DNA from: an uncultured Myxococcales bacterium
GTDB lineage: Bacteria > Myxococcota > Kuafuiibacteriia > Kuafuiibacteriales > Kuafuiibacteriaceae
Assembly: GCA_964519665.1 (NCBI GenBank)
Contig: CAZFIV010000020.1
Location: forward strand, 9,268 to 73,267
Direction of reading: 5' to 3'
DNA: 64,000 bases
The stretch's first letter is position 1. Every line of letters begins with the position of its first letter. Of the stretch, positions 32,028 through 42,185 are shown in pieces. The notes under the pieces were generated by a model that was not told the origin of the DNA, ran no database searches, and saw nothing but the letters and a program-made list of their open reading frames with translations. A program made the translations under genes and the position numbers.

Positions 32028-32230
32028 GCGTCGAGCATTGTGGCAGGGTGAGGCGACACTGCAAATCATTCGTCGCCAACTTCCGATGCCTCCGGCCCAG
32101 AACCTGTCCGGTCGGTCGTGCAGAACACCGGCACCATGGGTTGGCAAGCGATCCGTATCTCACAGGCGGGCCGCACCGACTAGGGTTCGCCATCCTTGCA
32201 TTTGAGGCTGCTACGCTCCACGAGACCGGC

Positions 32231-33934
32231 ATGGAGGTGTTCCGGCGCGCTCTGAGCGAGCGCAATCCGAATCCCGAAGGCCGTCGCTGGGTTTTCGTGC
32301 CCTATGACCAGCTGTCGGATGAGATCGGGCCCCTCGCATCCTGGTCCCCGTCCGAGACCGGCATCGTGCTGGTCGAAAACGCCTGGAAGGCCGGTCAGCG
32401 TCCGTACCATCGTCAGAAATTGGCCCTCACCTTGGCGAATATTCGGCATTTTGCGCTCGAGCAGGCGGCGCGAGGGGTCGCCGTCCGCTTCGTGGTTGGC
32501 TCCGCCCCCTACAGCGACCTGCTGCGGCCGATCGTCGCCGAGCTCGGTCCGCTGACTCACATGCGAGCCGCCGAGCGAGCGCTTCGGGACGACCTCGCGC
32601 CGCTCATCGCCGACGGCGGGCTGGTCGAAGTGCCGCACGAGGGGTGGCTCACGGATCGCGCGACGTTCCTGAAATCGACCAAAGGCAAGGTACCGTGGCG
32701 GATGGATGCCTTTTATCGTCTCGTCCGTCAGCAGACGGGCATCCTGATGGAGGCTGGCAAGCCGGTCGGCGGCAAGTATAGCCACGACGCAGACAACCGG
32801 CAGCCGTGGTCGGGGACGCCATCCGCAGCCCGGCCACCGGAGTTCGAGCCGGACGAAATCACCCGAGAGGTCGCAGACCTTATCGAACAGCGATTCGACG
32901 GCCATCCGGGCCGGCTCGACCTTGCGGCTCTCCCGGCGACTGCGGACGACTCGGAACGTCTCTGGTCTTGGGCGCGCTCGGCGTGTTTGCACAACTTCGG
33001 GCCCTACGAGGACGCGATGAGCGTACGGTCGACGACGATTTTTCATACCCGGGTGTCGCCGCTCATCAACCTGCACCGCCTGTTGCCAAGACGCATCGTG
33101 GCCGACGTGGTCTCGCTCTCGGTGCCGCTCAGCAGCTTGGAGGGGTTCATTCGCCAGGTCTTGGGCTGGCGAGAGTTCATGCGCCATGTGCACGAAGAGA
33201 CCGACGGGTTTCGGCGACTCCCGGTCGATGTTCAGCATCAGCCGCCCACGGCCGAACCCGGCGACGGGGGCTTCGAGCGCTGGTCGGGCGTGCGCTGGGA
33301 GCCCGTCGAACCGACGACCGATGGGGGGGCCCGTCCCTCGTTCTTGGGCGACGAGCTTCCGGTACCGCCCGCGTACTGGGGACAAAAATCGGGTCTCGAC
33401 TGTTTGGACCGAGTCGTCGACGATGTTTGGCGAGAGGCCTACAGTCACCACATCACCCGCCTCATGGTGCTCGGGAATATCGGAACGTTGCTCGGGGTGT
33501 CTCCGCGTGAGCTCGCCGATTGGTTCTGGGTCGCCTACGCCGATGCGTACGACTGGGTGGTGGAACCGAATGTCCTCGGAATGGCCACTTTCGGGCTGGG
33601 GCCCCTGTTCGTTACGAAGCCCTACGTATCCGGGGCCGCTTATATTGACAAGATGTCCGACTACTGTGGTGGTTGCCGGTTCCATCCAAAGAAGACCTGC
33701 CCCATTACACCGATGTACTGGGCTTTTTTGGGTCGGCACGAGTCATTGCTGGAAGACAACCCTCGCCTGAAGTTGATTCTCGCGAGCTGGCGACGTCGCG
33801 GAGCGGCGCAGCAAGAATCCGATCGGAGGGTGCACGGGGCGGTCGTCGACGCTCTGATGGCCGGCCGCGAAGTACCTTCTTCGGTGGTGGCTGACGCGGC
33901 CCAAACCCGTACGGGCAACCGCGGTCGGGGTTAA
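32231..33934 (+). CDS. FeS-type bacterial cryptochrome/(6-4) photolyase (PhrB/CryB-like)
   Basis: DQL, YHRQKL, MDAFYR, GGKYSHDADNR, RQVLGWREF, HHITRLMV, KPYVSGAAYIDKMSDYCGGC...CP (four Cys ligands including LDCL). Confidence 0.92.
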   Translation: MEVFRRALSERNPNPEGRRWVFVPYDQLSDEIGPLASWSPSETGIVLVENAWKAGQRPYHRQKLALTLANIRHFALEQAARGVAVRFVVGSAPYSDLLRPIVAELGPLTHMRAAERALRDDLAPLIADGGLVEVPHEGWLTDRATFLKSTKGKVPWRMDAFYRLVRQQTGILMEAGKPVGGKYSHDADNRQPWSGTPSAARPPEFEPDEITREVADLIEQRFDGHPGRLDLAALPATADDSERLWSWARSACLHNFGPYEDAMSVRSTTIFHTRVSPLINLHRLLPRRIVADVVSLSVPLSSLEGFIRQVLGWREFMRHVHEETDGFRRLPVDVQHQPPTAEPGDGGFERWSGVRWEPVEPTTDGGARPSFLGDELPVPPAYWGQKSGLDCLDRVVDDVWREAYSHHITRLMVLGNIGTLLGVSPRELADWFWVAYADAYDWVVEPNVLGMATFGLGPLFVTKPYVSGAAYIDKMSDYCGGCRFHPKKTCPITPMYWAFLGRHESLLEDNPRLKLILASWRRRGAAQQESDRRVHGAVVDALMAGREVPSSVVADAAQTRTGNRGRG

Positions 33935-33993
33935 GATCGCGTACCCGCCCTCCGAACGACTCATCCGAGCGTTTCGGCTCTCGGACGCTCCGT

Positions 33994-35934
33994 TCAAGCG
34001 CCTGCTTTGTCTTCGTCGACGGGGACGGGATGCGCGCCCTGAGCCAGTCGGCCTTCGAAGCCGCGGGTGGGGTCCATCGCGTCCTCTTCGTCGCTGAGTA
34101 TCCGCAGCTCTTCACCTTCGAGCCGGGCCATCAGGGCGGTGGCCGTCGAGTCACCGACGACGTTGGTGGTGGTCCGGAACATATCGAGCAAGCGGTCGAC
34201 CCCTAGGATGAGGGCGAGGCCTTCGGTAGGCACGCCCACCGCGGTGAGGACCATCGCCAGCGTGATCATCCCGGCGCCGGGCACGCCGGCCGCACCCACC
34301 GAGGCGAGTGTCGCCGACAACACGATGGTCGCTTGGTCGGTGAAAGAGAGTGGGTCGGCGATGTAGATCTGCGCGATGAAGATCGCGGCGACCCCTTGGT
34401 ACAGAGCCGTACCGTCCATGTTGACGGTTGCGCCAAGGGGAAGCACAAAGCTCGTGATCCGCGGGCTGACATTGAGGTTGTCCTCGCACGCCTCTTTCGT
34501 CACCGGGAGGGTCGCCGATGAGGACGAGGTCGAGAAGGCCACCAGCAGCGCTTCCTTGATCGCCCCGAAGAATCCGAACAACGGCAATCGAGCGCCAAAC
34601 TGGACGACCAGGCCGTAGGTGAGAAATACGTGCAGAAGGAGACCCACGACAACCACCACGCCGTAAGCGGACAGGGCGATCAGCACCGAAATCCCCGTTG
34701 TCCCGACCACTTTGAACAAGAGAGCGGCGACGCCGAACGGCGCAAGTCCCATGGCGATGTGCACGAGCATGATCATGGCGTCGTTGATGCGGTCGAAGAC
34801 ATCGACAACCGGCTTGGCCCGGTCGGGTTTCATCAGTGTGAGCGCAATGCCCAGCATCAGCGCGAAGAAGATGATCTGGAGCATTTCGCCTTTGCCCAGC
34901 GCATAGAGCGGATTCTCGGGCACGATGCCGACGATCTGATCACCCAGCGACGGCGCCTTCGAAGCATTCGCTTCGAGATCGCCGACCGATGCAGAGTATG
35001 AGCTCTTCAGCCGGGCGCTGTCGGCCTCGCTGAGCCATTTACCGGGCTGAACGATATTCGCGAGCCCAACCCCAATGATGAGAGCGACCACCGTCGTCCC
35101 CGTGAAGTAGACCAGCGTCCGCCCCCCGAGGCGACCGAGCACTCGAAAATCTCCGAGCGACGCTACGCCGACCACCAGCGAAAAGAAGACCAAGGGCACC
35201 ACGACCATCTTGATGAGCTTCAGGAAGAGACGCCCAATCCACTCGGTAGAACCGACCAACGTTTGGCCGATCGGGGCATAAAAGTCCGCCTGCGCCGGAT
35301 CGTTGGTGATCCAGCCGGAGGTCGAAGTACCCGCGCGAAGGTTCTTTCTCAGGCCTTCACCGAGCTGGGGTTTGAGCCGAAGAAGGTCGGGCGCGGTGAG
35401 GGTCCATTCAATGTTTAGCCACTCCGTGTCGCCGATCGTCCGGCGCCCGATGACCAGCGCTCTCTCCTGCCCGTCAGCCAAGATGTGGTTGTACTGACTG
35501 CCAATATCCGGCAGGGTCCGAACGTCGGCCCGTTTGGCCAGCCGGACGCCGGCCATGTCATCCACCTCTACCAACTCAGGATCATTCTCGACCCAGCCGG
35601 AGGCGGACATTCCGACCCGAAGCTCAGCCTTAAGGCGTTCATCGAGCTTCGGACGCAAGCGTTTCACCGCGGTCGCGGTGAGGGTCCATTCAATGTTCAG
35701 CCACTCGGTGTCGCCGACCGTCTGCCGGCCAATGAGCCGCGCGGTGCGCTGTCCTTGGGCCAGAGCCTGTCGTTCGCTGGCACCGTCGATCGGTAGCGTG
35801 CGTACGACCGCCTGTTTGCTCAGCCGTACGCCGTCTTGAGGTAGCAGGCTGGAGTTAGGGCCGACGAGAAAACCCAGGACAACCCCCGCGCCCATACCGA
35901 TGAGGATCTTGGTGTAAAGCTGCATTTCCGACAA
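33994..35934 (-). CDS. Dicarboxylate/amino acid:cation symporter (DAACS/GltP family) with a duplicated inserted domain
   Basis: FLKLIKMVVVPLVF, AFSTSSSSATLP, GATVNMDG, GVPGAG, DRLLDMFRTTTNVVGD. Confidence 0.93.
   Translation of the reverse strand: MSEMQLYTKILIGMGAGVVLGFLVGPNSSLLPQDGVRLSKQAVVRTLPIDGASERQALAQGQRTARLIGRQTVGDTEWLNIEWTLTATAVKRLRPKLDERLKAELRVGMSASGWVENDPELVEVDDMAGVRLAKRADVRTLPDIGSQYNHILADGQERALVIGRRTIGDTEWLNIEWTLTAPDLLRLKPQLGEGLRKNLRAGTSTSGWITNDPAQADFYAPIGQTLVGSTEWIGRLFLKLIKMVVVPLVFFSLVVGVASLGDFRVLGRLGGRTLVYFTGTTVVALIIGVGLANIVQPGKWLSEADSARLKSSYSASVGDLEANASKAPSLGDQIVGIVPENPLYALGKGEMLQIIFFALMLGIALTLMKPDRAKPVVDVFDRINDAMIMLVHIAMGLAPFGVAALLFKVVGTTGISVLIALSAYGVVVVVGLLLHVFLTYGLVVQFGARLPLFGFFGAIKEALLVAFSTSSSSATLPVTKEACEDNLNVSPRITSFVLPLGATVNMDGTALYQGVAAIFIAQIYIADPLSFTDQATIVLSATLASVGAAGVPGAGMITLAMVLTAVGVPTEGLALILGVDRLLDMFRTTTNVVGDSTATALMARLEGEELRILSDEEDAMDPTRGFEGRLAQGAHPVPVDEDKAGA
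35281..35832 (-). repeat. Two tandem copies of a ~94-aa (282-bp) domain inside the DAACS gene
   Basis: GVRLSKQAVVRTLP...GDTEWLNIEWTLTA...SGWVENDP versus GVRLAKRADVRTLP...GDTEWLNIEWTLTA...SGWITNDP. Confidence 0.9.
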
Positions 35935-36056
35935 CGGTAGGCGACTCGGAAGGGTCGGTCAATTCGACGACCGGCGACAGACGCCTACGGCGGGACCGTA
36001 GTATGCGTCGAGCACGGTTCGGGCGAAGTAGGGCCGAGTCACAAGAGAAACGGGCT

Positions 36057-37364
36057 TCAAGGGACCAAGCTCCGGGCGAGGGCCCGCAGCGCTTTTTTCG
36101 CGCCCGCGACCTGCCCTCGCGTCGCGCCTCCGACCCCCACCACGGTCAGGCGCTCGGGTCTGAAGTACTTGCGAATGACTCTTCGAATGTCGCGGACCGT
36201 GACCTGGTCGAGCTGATCCATGCGGGTCTCGGGGCGAATCGCCGGATGAAACAGCCGGGTGGGGCCGAACCATTGAGCGAGCTCGGCTGGGGTGTCGAGG
36301 CCGAGCTCGAGCCCAAGCCTAGACCGAGCTCGAACCCGTTCTAGCTCTTTGTCGTCAACCCCGTGGTGGCGGAGGTCGGCGAGGACCCTTCCGAGTTCGG
36401 TGATCGCGTACTCCAGCTTTCGGTGCGCCACGGCAAGCTCGAAGCCGAAAAGACCGCAGTCCACGTAAGTATCAAAATCGGCGCCGACTTCGTACACGAT
36501 GCCCCGCTTTTCGACGAGCTCGACCTGAAGGCGAGCGGACAGGCCCCCGTCCAGGATCCTCCGCACGAGCAACAGGGCGGGATAGTCGCGATGGGTGGAC
36601 GAACCCGTCGAAAAGACCAGACGGAGGCGGGTCTGTGCGTCGTCGGACGTCACGAAGCGCATGGTGGGCCCGTCTTGGGAGACTCGCGGCGGTCGCCCCT
36701 CTCGAGCCTGACGCCCTTCGAAGAGGTCACCAAACGCGGTTCTAGCCCACCGCCGGCTCGCCCGGTGCTCCAGCTTGCCCGCGACACTCAGCACCAAGTT
36801 GCGAGCGCCGTAAAACTTCTGGCGATGCCGATGAAGGTCGTCGCGACTGAATCTCCTCAGGTTCCGGCGAGGCCCATCGACCGTTTGGCTCAGGGGATGG
36901 TCGCCGAACACCGCGCGGTGGACGAGGTTGTCGAGGTCGAGGTCTCGGCCCCGGTCATCGAGTGCATCCAGTTGCTCCTCCAAAATGATCGAGCGCTCGA
37001 TATCGATGTCGACGAAGCGGGGTTGGCTGAACATCGCGCCCAGGATCCCGATCGCCTCCTCGAGTCCGGAAGGATGAACGGTCGACTGGTAGCCGGAATA
37101 GTCCCGGGACGTAAAACCGTCCAGAATGCCTCCGAGATCTTCCATGGCCGCATTCAACGCGGTTGAGTCCGGGTACCGGTCGCAACCCCGAAAGAACATG
37201 TGCTCCAGAAAATGGGATAGGCCGTTGTCGGTGGGGGGTTCGTGGCGACTTCCGACCCGCGCGAACACTGAGACCGTGACCGAATGCAAGTGAGGCTGGC
37301 GGATGGTCTGCACGACCAGCCCGTTGGCAAGGACCTGCTCCTTGAGGTCGTAGGCGCGATTCAA
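36057..37364 (-). CDS. M16 (pitrilysin-like) zinc peptidase
   Basis: GLSHFLEHMFF (HxxEH), ERSIILEE, GGLSARL; start approximate (TTG at 37364 or 37382). Confidence 0.9.
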   Translation of the reverse strand: MNRAYDLKEQVLANGLVVQTIRQPHLHSVTVSVFARVGSRHEPPTDNGLSHFLEHMFFRGCDRYPDSTALNAAMEDLGGILDGFTSRDYSGYQSTVHPSGLEEAIGILGAMFSQPRFVDIDIERSIILEEQLDALDDRGRDLDLDNLVHRAVFGDHPLSQTVDGPRRNLRRFSRDDLHRHRQKFYGARNLVLSVAGKLEHRASRRWARTAFGDLFEGRQAREGRPPRVSQDGPTMRFVTSDDAQTRLRLVFSTGSSTHRDYPALLLVRRILDGGLSARLQVELVEKRGIVYEVGADFDTYVDCGLFGFELAVAHRKLEYAITELGRVLADLRHHGVDDKELERVRARSRLGLELGLDTPAELAQWFGPTRLFHPAIRPETRMDQLDQVTVRDIRRVIRKYFRPERLTVVGVGGATRGQVAGAKKALRALARSLVP

Positions 37365-37447
37365 GGCGCCGGACTCTAGCAACCTCCGAGGACCGCACGC
37401 GAGCAGAAGTTGACCGCTGCGACCCGGAGGAGGACACATGAAGGGAA

Positions 37448-39148
37448 ATGCTAGGTACCACTGGCAAAAACCTGGCTCGTCTGCGCCGGATTGCCGCGGT
37501 TCTCGGCAAATACGGATACAGCGAGCTGCTGCGCCGAGATGAATGGTCGCCGGAGGTTTCCGAGCTGAAGGTCGAGGCGCCGGGCGAGCCATCGGTTCCC
37601 GACTCGATGAGCGGTCCGCGCCGGTTTCGATTGATGCTCGAAGAGCTGGGGCCGACCTTCATCAAGTTCGGGCAGGTGCTATCCACCCGACCCGACCTCG
37701 TGTCCCGACCCTACGTGACCGAGCTTCGAACCCTGCAAGACAACTGTGAGCCTCTGCCGTTCGACGTCATCAAGGAGGCCATCCACACCGGATTGGGCCG
37801 AGCCGCCGACTCGGCCTTCGGCTCCGTCGATCCGGAACCGATCGCGACCGCATCGATCGCTCAGGTGCACCGAGGTACGACCAAGGACGGTCAGCCGATC
37901 GCCATCAAGATCCAACGGCCGGCGATCCGAGAGGAGGTTCGGCGCGACATCGACCTCTTGTACCGCCTGGCGCAGCTGCTCGACGCGGTCGTCGAAGAGT
38001 CGGCGATGACCGAACCGGTCGGGGTGGTCAGCGAGCTGGACAAAGCGCTGGCCGAAGAACTGAACTTTCTGCAAGAAGCGGCCAACTGCCGGGAATTCGG
38101 ACGCCTGCATCAGAACCGTCCCGACATCGTCATTCCGACGGTTTTCGACGACCTGTCGTCGGCGACGGTGCTGACTCTCTCTTTCGTAGAGGGCGTTCCG
38201 TTTTCGCGCTTGCCGGCCCACGTCGATCGTGCGGCGATCGCCGATCGGTTGATCCGTGAAGCCTTCGACCAGGTGTTCGTCGACGGCGTCTATCACGCCG
38301 ACCCTCACCCCGGAAATCTCCTCTATTTGCCCGACGGACGGTACGGGATTCTGGATTTTGGTCTCCTCGGCAAGCTGACGCCTCAGATGCAAGAGACGCT
38401 CATCGTGCTGACGCTGGCTGTCTCGGTGCGCGATGCCGACACCGTCGCCCGCACGCTCTACCGCCTCGGGCAGGGCGACCATCGCGTCGACTTGTCCCAT
38501 GTTCGCGACGACACGGTCTTTCTCCTGAACCGATATCTCGATCGAAGCATCGCCGAGATCGATTCATCGTTGCTCATGCAGGAGATCTTGTCGCTGGGCA
38601 TGAAGCATCAACTTCGGATCCCTTCAGAGTACACGATGCTCGGCCGGGCCGGCGCGACGCTAGAAGGGATTATTCGGGACCTCGATCCGAAGCTCGATGT
38701 CACCGAAGTCGTGCGTCCGTACGCCGAACGCCTGCTGATCAATCGCGTGAAGCCCGAGCAGGTGGAAGGCAGCCTTTATCGGACCCTCCTTCAGTTCCAG
38801 GGGCTGTCCGCCGACGTACCCCTCCAGGTCTCCCAAATTCTCTCCGATCTTTCGTCGGGCAAGATGCAGGTGCGGGTGCTCGGAACAGACCTCGAGCGAA
38901 TCCAGTCCTCGGTCCTTATCGCCGGAACCATGATCGGAGGCTCGATCCTGGCCGCGGCCTTTATCATCGGAGGATTCGTAGCCCTCGCGCAGGTGCCGTG
39001 GACCTTCTTCGGAGTACCCGTGCTCGGCTTCCTGGGCGCTGCCGTGGGGGTGATGATCGCCTCCGTGGTCGGCACGTACGCCCTGTTCCGGCCTCGTCTC
39101 AAGAAACTCAGTATCCTCAAGCTTCTGCGGCTCAAGACGCCGACGTAG
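37448..39148 (+). CDS. AarF/UbiB (ABC1) atypical kinase with C-terminal TM helices
   Basis: LGPTFIKFGQVLSTRPD, ASIAQVH, AIKIQRP, HADPHPGN, DFG. Confidence 0.92.
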   Translation: MLGTTGKNLARLRRIAAVLGKYGYSELLRRDEWSPEVSELKVEAPGEPSVPDSMSGPRRFRLMLEELGPTFIKFGQVLSTRPDLVSRPYVTELRTLQDNCEPLPFDVIKEAIHTGLGRAADSAFGSVDPEPIATASIAQVHRGTTKDGQPIAIKIQRPAIREEVRRDIDLLYRLAQLLDAVVEESAMTEPVGVVSELDKALAEELNFLQEAANCREFGRLHQNRPDIVIPTVFDDLSSATVLTLSFVEGVPFSRLPAHVDRAAIADRLIREAFDQVFVDGVYHADPHPGNLLYLPDGRYGILDFGLLGKLTPQMQETLIVLTLAVSVRDADTVARTLYRLGQGDHRVDLSHVRDDTVFLLNRYLDRSIAEIDSSLLMQEILSLGMKHQLRIPSEYTMLGRAGATLEGIIRDLDPKLDVTEVVRPYAERLLINRVKPEQVEGSLYRTLLQFQGLSADVPLQVSQILSDLSSGKMQVRVLGTDLERIQSSVLIAGTMIGGSILAAAFIIGGFVALAQVPWTFFGVPVLGFLGAAVGVMIASVVGTYALFRPRLKKLSILKLLRLKTPT

Positions 39149-39376
39149 ATGGTCGGGAGCAGGGGGCTGCCTGGACAGCGCACCGTGTTAGCCACGGTGG
39201 TCGTCCGAGTGCCAGCCCGGCCACCCCCGCCCCTCGGTAAACACAGAAGATCAAACGACTTTTTCGTGTCGAAGCACGAGCGAGAGCGGCGCATGCTGAT
39301 AGGTATGTCTTTAAGTGTCTGAAATTATTGGGTTTCGGGGCTACAGAGACGCCTCGTATGTCCGTACACTTCAGTC

Positions 39377-39982
39377 ATGGCGTTTGATATTGAGACCTCT
39401 GATGCCCTTGAGCGCCTCTTCCGGGACTTGCTCTCGGAGGCTCTAGCCAGCGAGAGGGTCATGCTCCAAGCGGCCGGCCAGGCCTACCTCTGCCGGCTCT
39501 GCCGCCGAATGGCGCACTCGAACGCGCTTCACGGCGGTCAAGATGCCGACGAGCGCGGGACGCCGGCCCTCGCTTGGCTGTACCGGGAGGCCCGCCGCGC
39601 GGCGCCCTCGCAACGCTTCAACGCTTACCGCACCCTCGGCGACATCGCGCTGGTCGTCAGCGGTCTGTTTCAGCCCCACGTCGTACGGCGGAGCTCGGCC
39701 GTTGGAGTCGACTACTATGTGGGGATGGGCTCCGCGGGTTACGCGACGGCAGCGCAGCTAGCTGCGGACTCTGGTTTTGGGCCTATCTTGGCCGAGTTGT
39801 CCGAGAACTTTGCTCGCCTCGTCGAAGTGTTCGCGCGGGTCGCCGAGAACACCGGCCTTCCCGTTGCCGACGATCTCTCGGCCCTTTATGCGCGGTTTCG
39901 ACGCAATCCGGAGAGCCGAGCGATGCTGGACCGTCTGCATGCCGCCGGCGGCTCGCCGGTATGGATGGTGGGTGAGGCGTGA
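39377..39982 (+). CDS. Hypothetical helical protein
   Basis: Clean ORF; LGDIALVVSGLF...VGVDYYVGMGSAGY; GTGA coupling to the next gene. Confidence 0.75.
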   Translation: MAFDIETSDALERLFRDLLSEALASERVMLQAAGQAYLCRLCRRMAHSNALHGGQDADERGTPALAWLYREARRAAPSQRFNAYRTLGDIALVVSGLFQPHVVRRSSAVGVDYYVGMGSAGYATAAQLAADSGFGPILAELSENFARLVEVFARVAENTGLPVADDLSALYARFRRNPESRAMLDRLHAAGGSPVWMVGEA

Positions 39983-40611
39983 CCGCGTTGCCCACCTGCC
40001 TCCAGCGAGCGTTGGAAAACTTGTATCGCATCGACGGTCTGGCCGATGTGACCGACTTTCGAGTCTCCCGGGAGGTGCTGCGGTCGGCGCTCGGGTCGGA
40101 CGCTTCCGATCATCGCGAGTCTCTGCTCGTTCAGGAGTCGGGCAACGAAACGTATGTTGCGCTGTTTCTATGCGAGGAGGTAGAGCAACAGGCCCTGCGG
40201 TTTCTGCAGGTCCGGTGTCCGCGTGGACTGGATGCCTTCTGCGTAGCCCTCGAGGGCGTATCACATTTCGTGTACCTCACTTATGCCGGCGCTCGTCAGG
40301 AGCGGCCGGTCTCCCAGGTCGAGCTCGAGTTGCAGGCCGAGATCGATAAGTTCTTGGTTCTTCGAGCTGTCTTGGGCCTGTGCGGGACGACTTTGCGGGA
40401 TCGCCTGTTCGGAGGATTTGAGTTGCGCCCCGGTATCTCCACGGTCGACCGGGCGCGGTATCGGTTCGCGAACCGGTACGGGCGGCGTTACGCGAAATGG
40501 CTCGACCAACGTTTCTCGAGCGGACGCGGCTCGGAGGCGCTCGCCGATGCCCGGATCACATATCGCCGACCGCTCGAACACAAGCTCTCACGGATCGCTC
40601 GACCTACTTGA
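39979..40611 (+). CDS. Hypothetical protein with a degenerate zincin-like motif
   Basis: ALEGVSHFVY...ELELQAEIDKF; translationally coupled to the upstream gene. Confidence 0.72.
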   Translation: MTALPTCLQRALENLYRIDGLADVTDFRVSREVLRSALGSDASDHRESLLVQESGNETYVALFLCEEVEQQALRFLQVRCPRGLDAFCVALEGVSHFVYLTYAGARQERPVSQVELELQAEIDKFLVLRAVLGLCGTTLRDRLFGGFELRPGISTVDRARYRFANRYGRRYAKWLDQRFSSGRGSEALADARITYRRPLEHKLSRIARPT

Positions 40612-40616
40612 GCTCA

Positions 40617-42185
40617 CTACAAACACGTTCCGCGGCGGCTCGTAATGTGGTTCTCGCCGCCGTCCACGACGCGAGCCTTGTCGGTGCAGGCGCTGAAGAT
40701 GCCCCACGGGGAGCCGCCCACGGTGGATGTGCTGACCCAGACCTGCGCACCGCCGAACGCTGCGATGCCGTACTTCCCGTTGGCTCGAATCGCCGACCGA
40801 GTGACTCGAACGCCTGCCCGGTCGCCGGCCAGGAGGCCGGCTTCCGGACAGCCCGTCAGGAGACTCCTTCGAATGCGGACGTTGGCGCTGTCCAGGACGC
40901 GCACCGCGGAGCCGGATTTGCAGTCGGAGATGCGGCTGTCCAGAATCGTCACCGGCCCCGACAAGACGTCGTCGATTCGAATGCCCCCGAGGCTGGGGGC
41001 GGTTATGGTGGCCGTGACGGTCGCTACCGCATCCTGTCGGAGGTCGATGCCCACCCCGGCCGGGGTATCGATTTCGACGTCGGTGATCGCGGCCTTGGCC
41101 TGAGGCCCTTCGAGTTGGATCGCATTGCCCTGACGACCGCCGTGGCGACCCAGAAAACGAGTCGCCCGGACCTCCACGAGGCTGCTCGTGCCGTGAATTC
41201 CGCTCCGGTCTCGGTGATCGATGGTTCCGTTGGTGATGTAAAGCTCGGTCGGCCATTCATCGAAAGGTTCGGCCCGAATGGCGCTGGCTGACGCCGATTT
41301 GACGCGAGAGTCGATCAATCGAATCATTGCGCCGGATCCGTGAATCGTGTGCTGCCCGGAAGCGCTCAGGCGAGAAGAGGTGGCGACCACGGTGGCTGTC
41401 TGAGCGAACAACGCGCCGTCGGCGATCGATGCCGTTTCGACGTTTGCGAGGTCGACCATCGAATCGATGACGGCAACCACCGCGTATCCGCGAGCTTCGG
41501 TCAGCCGGGCGCCGCTGACGTTGACGACCGATCGCATTTCGGCTTGCAGATGCGCAACCCGAGTTCCGCGCGCTTCGAGGTTTTCGATGTCCACCCGGCT
41601 TCGAGAAATGCGCAGGCCGCGGCGAGTGTCGGTGGGCGCTTCGAGGCGGAGGCCTCGAATCACCACGGTCGACGTTCGCACCTGCATGCAGGTCTGAGGC
41701 GCGCATCGGATCACCGTGTCTTCGAGGCGGCCAGTGCTTCGAACCATCGCGACCGTGTCGTCGGTCTGCTCGGGCAGCATAGTGACCCCGTCAAGCTGGA
41801 AGTCTCGGCTGTGCGTGACCTCGAGGCTGCCTTGCAAGGTGAGGCCTCGCATGGCGATGTCCGAGCCGGATACGGAGACCCGACCACGGAGCGTCGTTCC
41901 CGTGGAGGTCGCGACGATCCGGATCGGACGAGTAAGGAGCAGCCGCCCCATCGGGTAGGAACCGGGGCCCACTCGAATCTCGGCGGTCCGCTCGCGCAGC
42001 GCTCGAGCGAGGGTCTGAAAAGGAGCTTCAGGGCTTCCCGGGTCGCGGTCGTCGCCCTGGGTATCCACGTAGACGACGTTCACTGGCGTCGACATCACGA
42101 CGGCCGGAACCACCGACGTCGACGGGACGCATGCCGCCCCCGAGATGACAACGCAGACCCAACACAAGGCGTTTCCCGGCCGCAC
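40617..42185 (-). CDS. Right-handed parallel beta-helix lipoprotein (DUF1565-like N-terminus)
   Basis: Lipobox GAAC, VYVDTQGDDRDPGSPEAPFQTL, VGPGSY, repeated short beta-strand pattern. Confidence 0.75.
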   Translation of the reverse strand: MRPGNALCWVCVVISGAACVPSTSVVPAVVMSTPVNVVYVDTQGDDRDPGSPEAPFQTLARALRERTAEIRVGPGSYPMGRLLLTRPIRIVATSTGTTLRGRVSVSGSDIAMRGLTLQGSLEVTHSRDFQLDGVTMLPEQTDDTVAMVRSTGRLEDTVIRCAPQTCMQVRTSTVVIRGLRLEAPTDTRRGLRISRSRVDIENLEARGTRVAHLQAEMRSVVNVSGARLTEARGYAVVAVIDSMVDLANVETASIADGALFAQTATVVATSSRLSASGQHTIHGSGAMIRLIDSRVKSASASAIRAEPFDEWPTELYITNGTIDHRDRSGIHGTSSLVEVRATRFLGRHGGRQGNAIQLEGPQAKAAITDVEIDTPAGVGIDLRQDAVATVTATITAPSLGGIRIDDVLSGPVTILDSRISDCKSGSAVRVLDSANVRIRRSLLTGCPEAGLLAGDRAGVRVTRSAIRANGKYGIAAFGGAQVWVSTSTVGGSPWGIFSACTDKARVVDGGENHITSRRGTCL

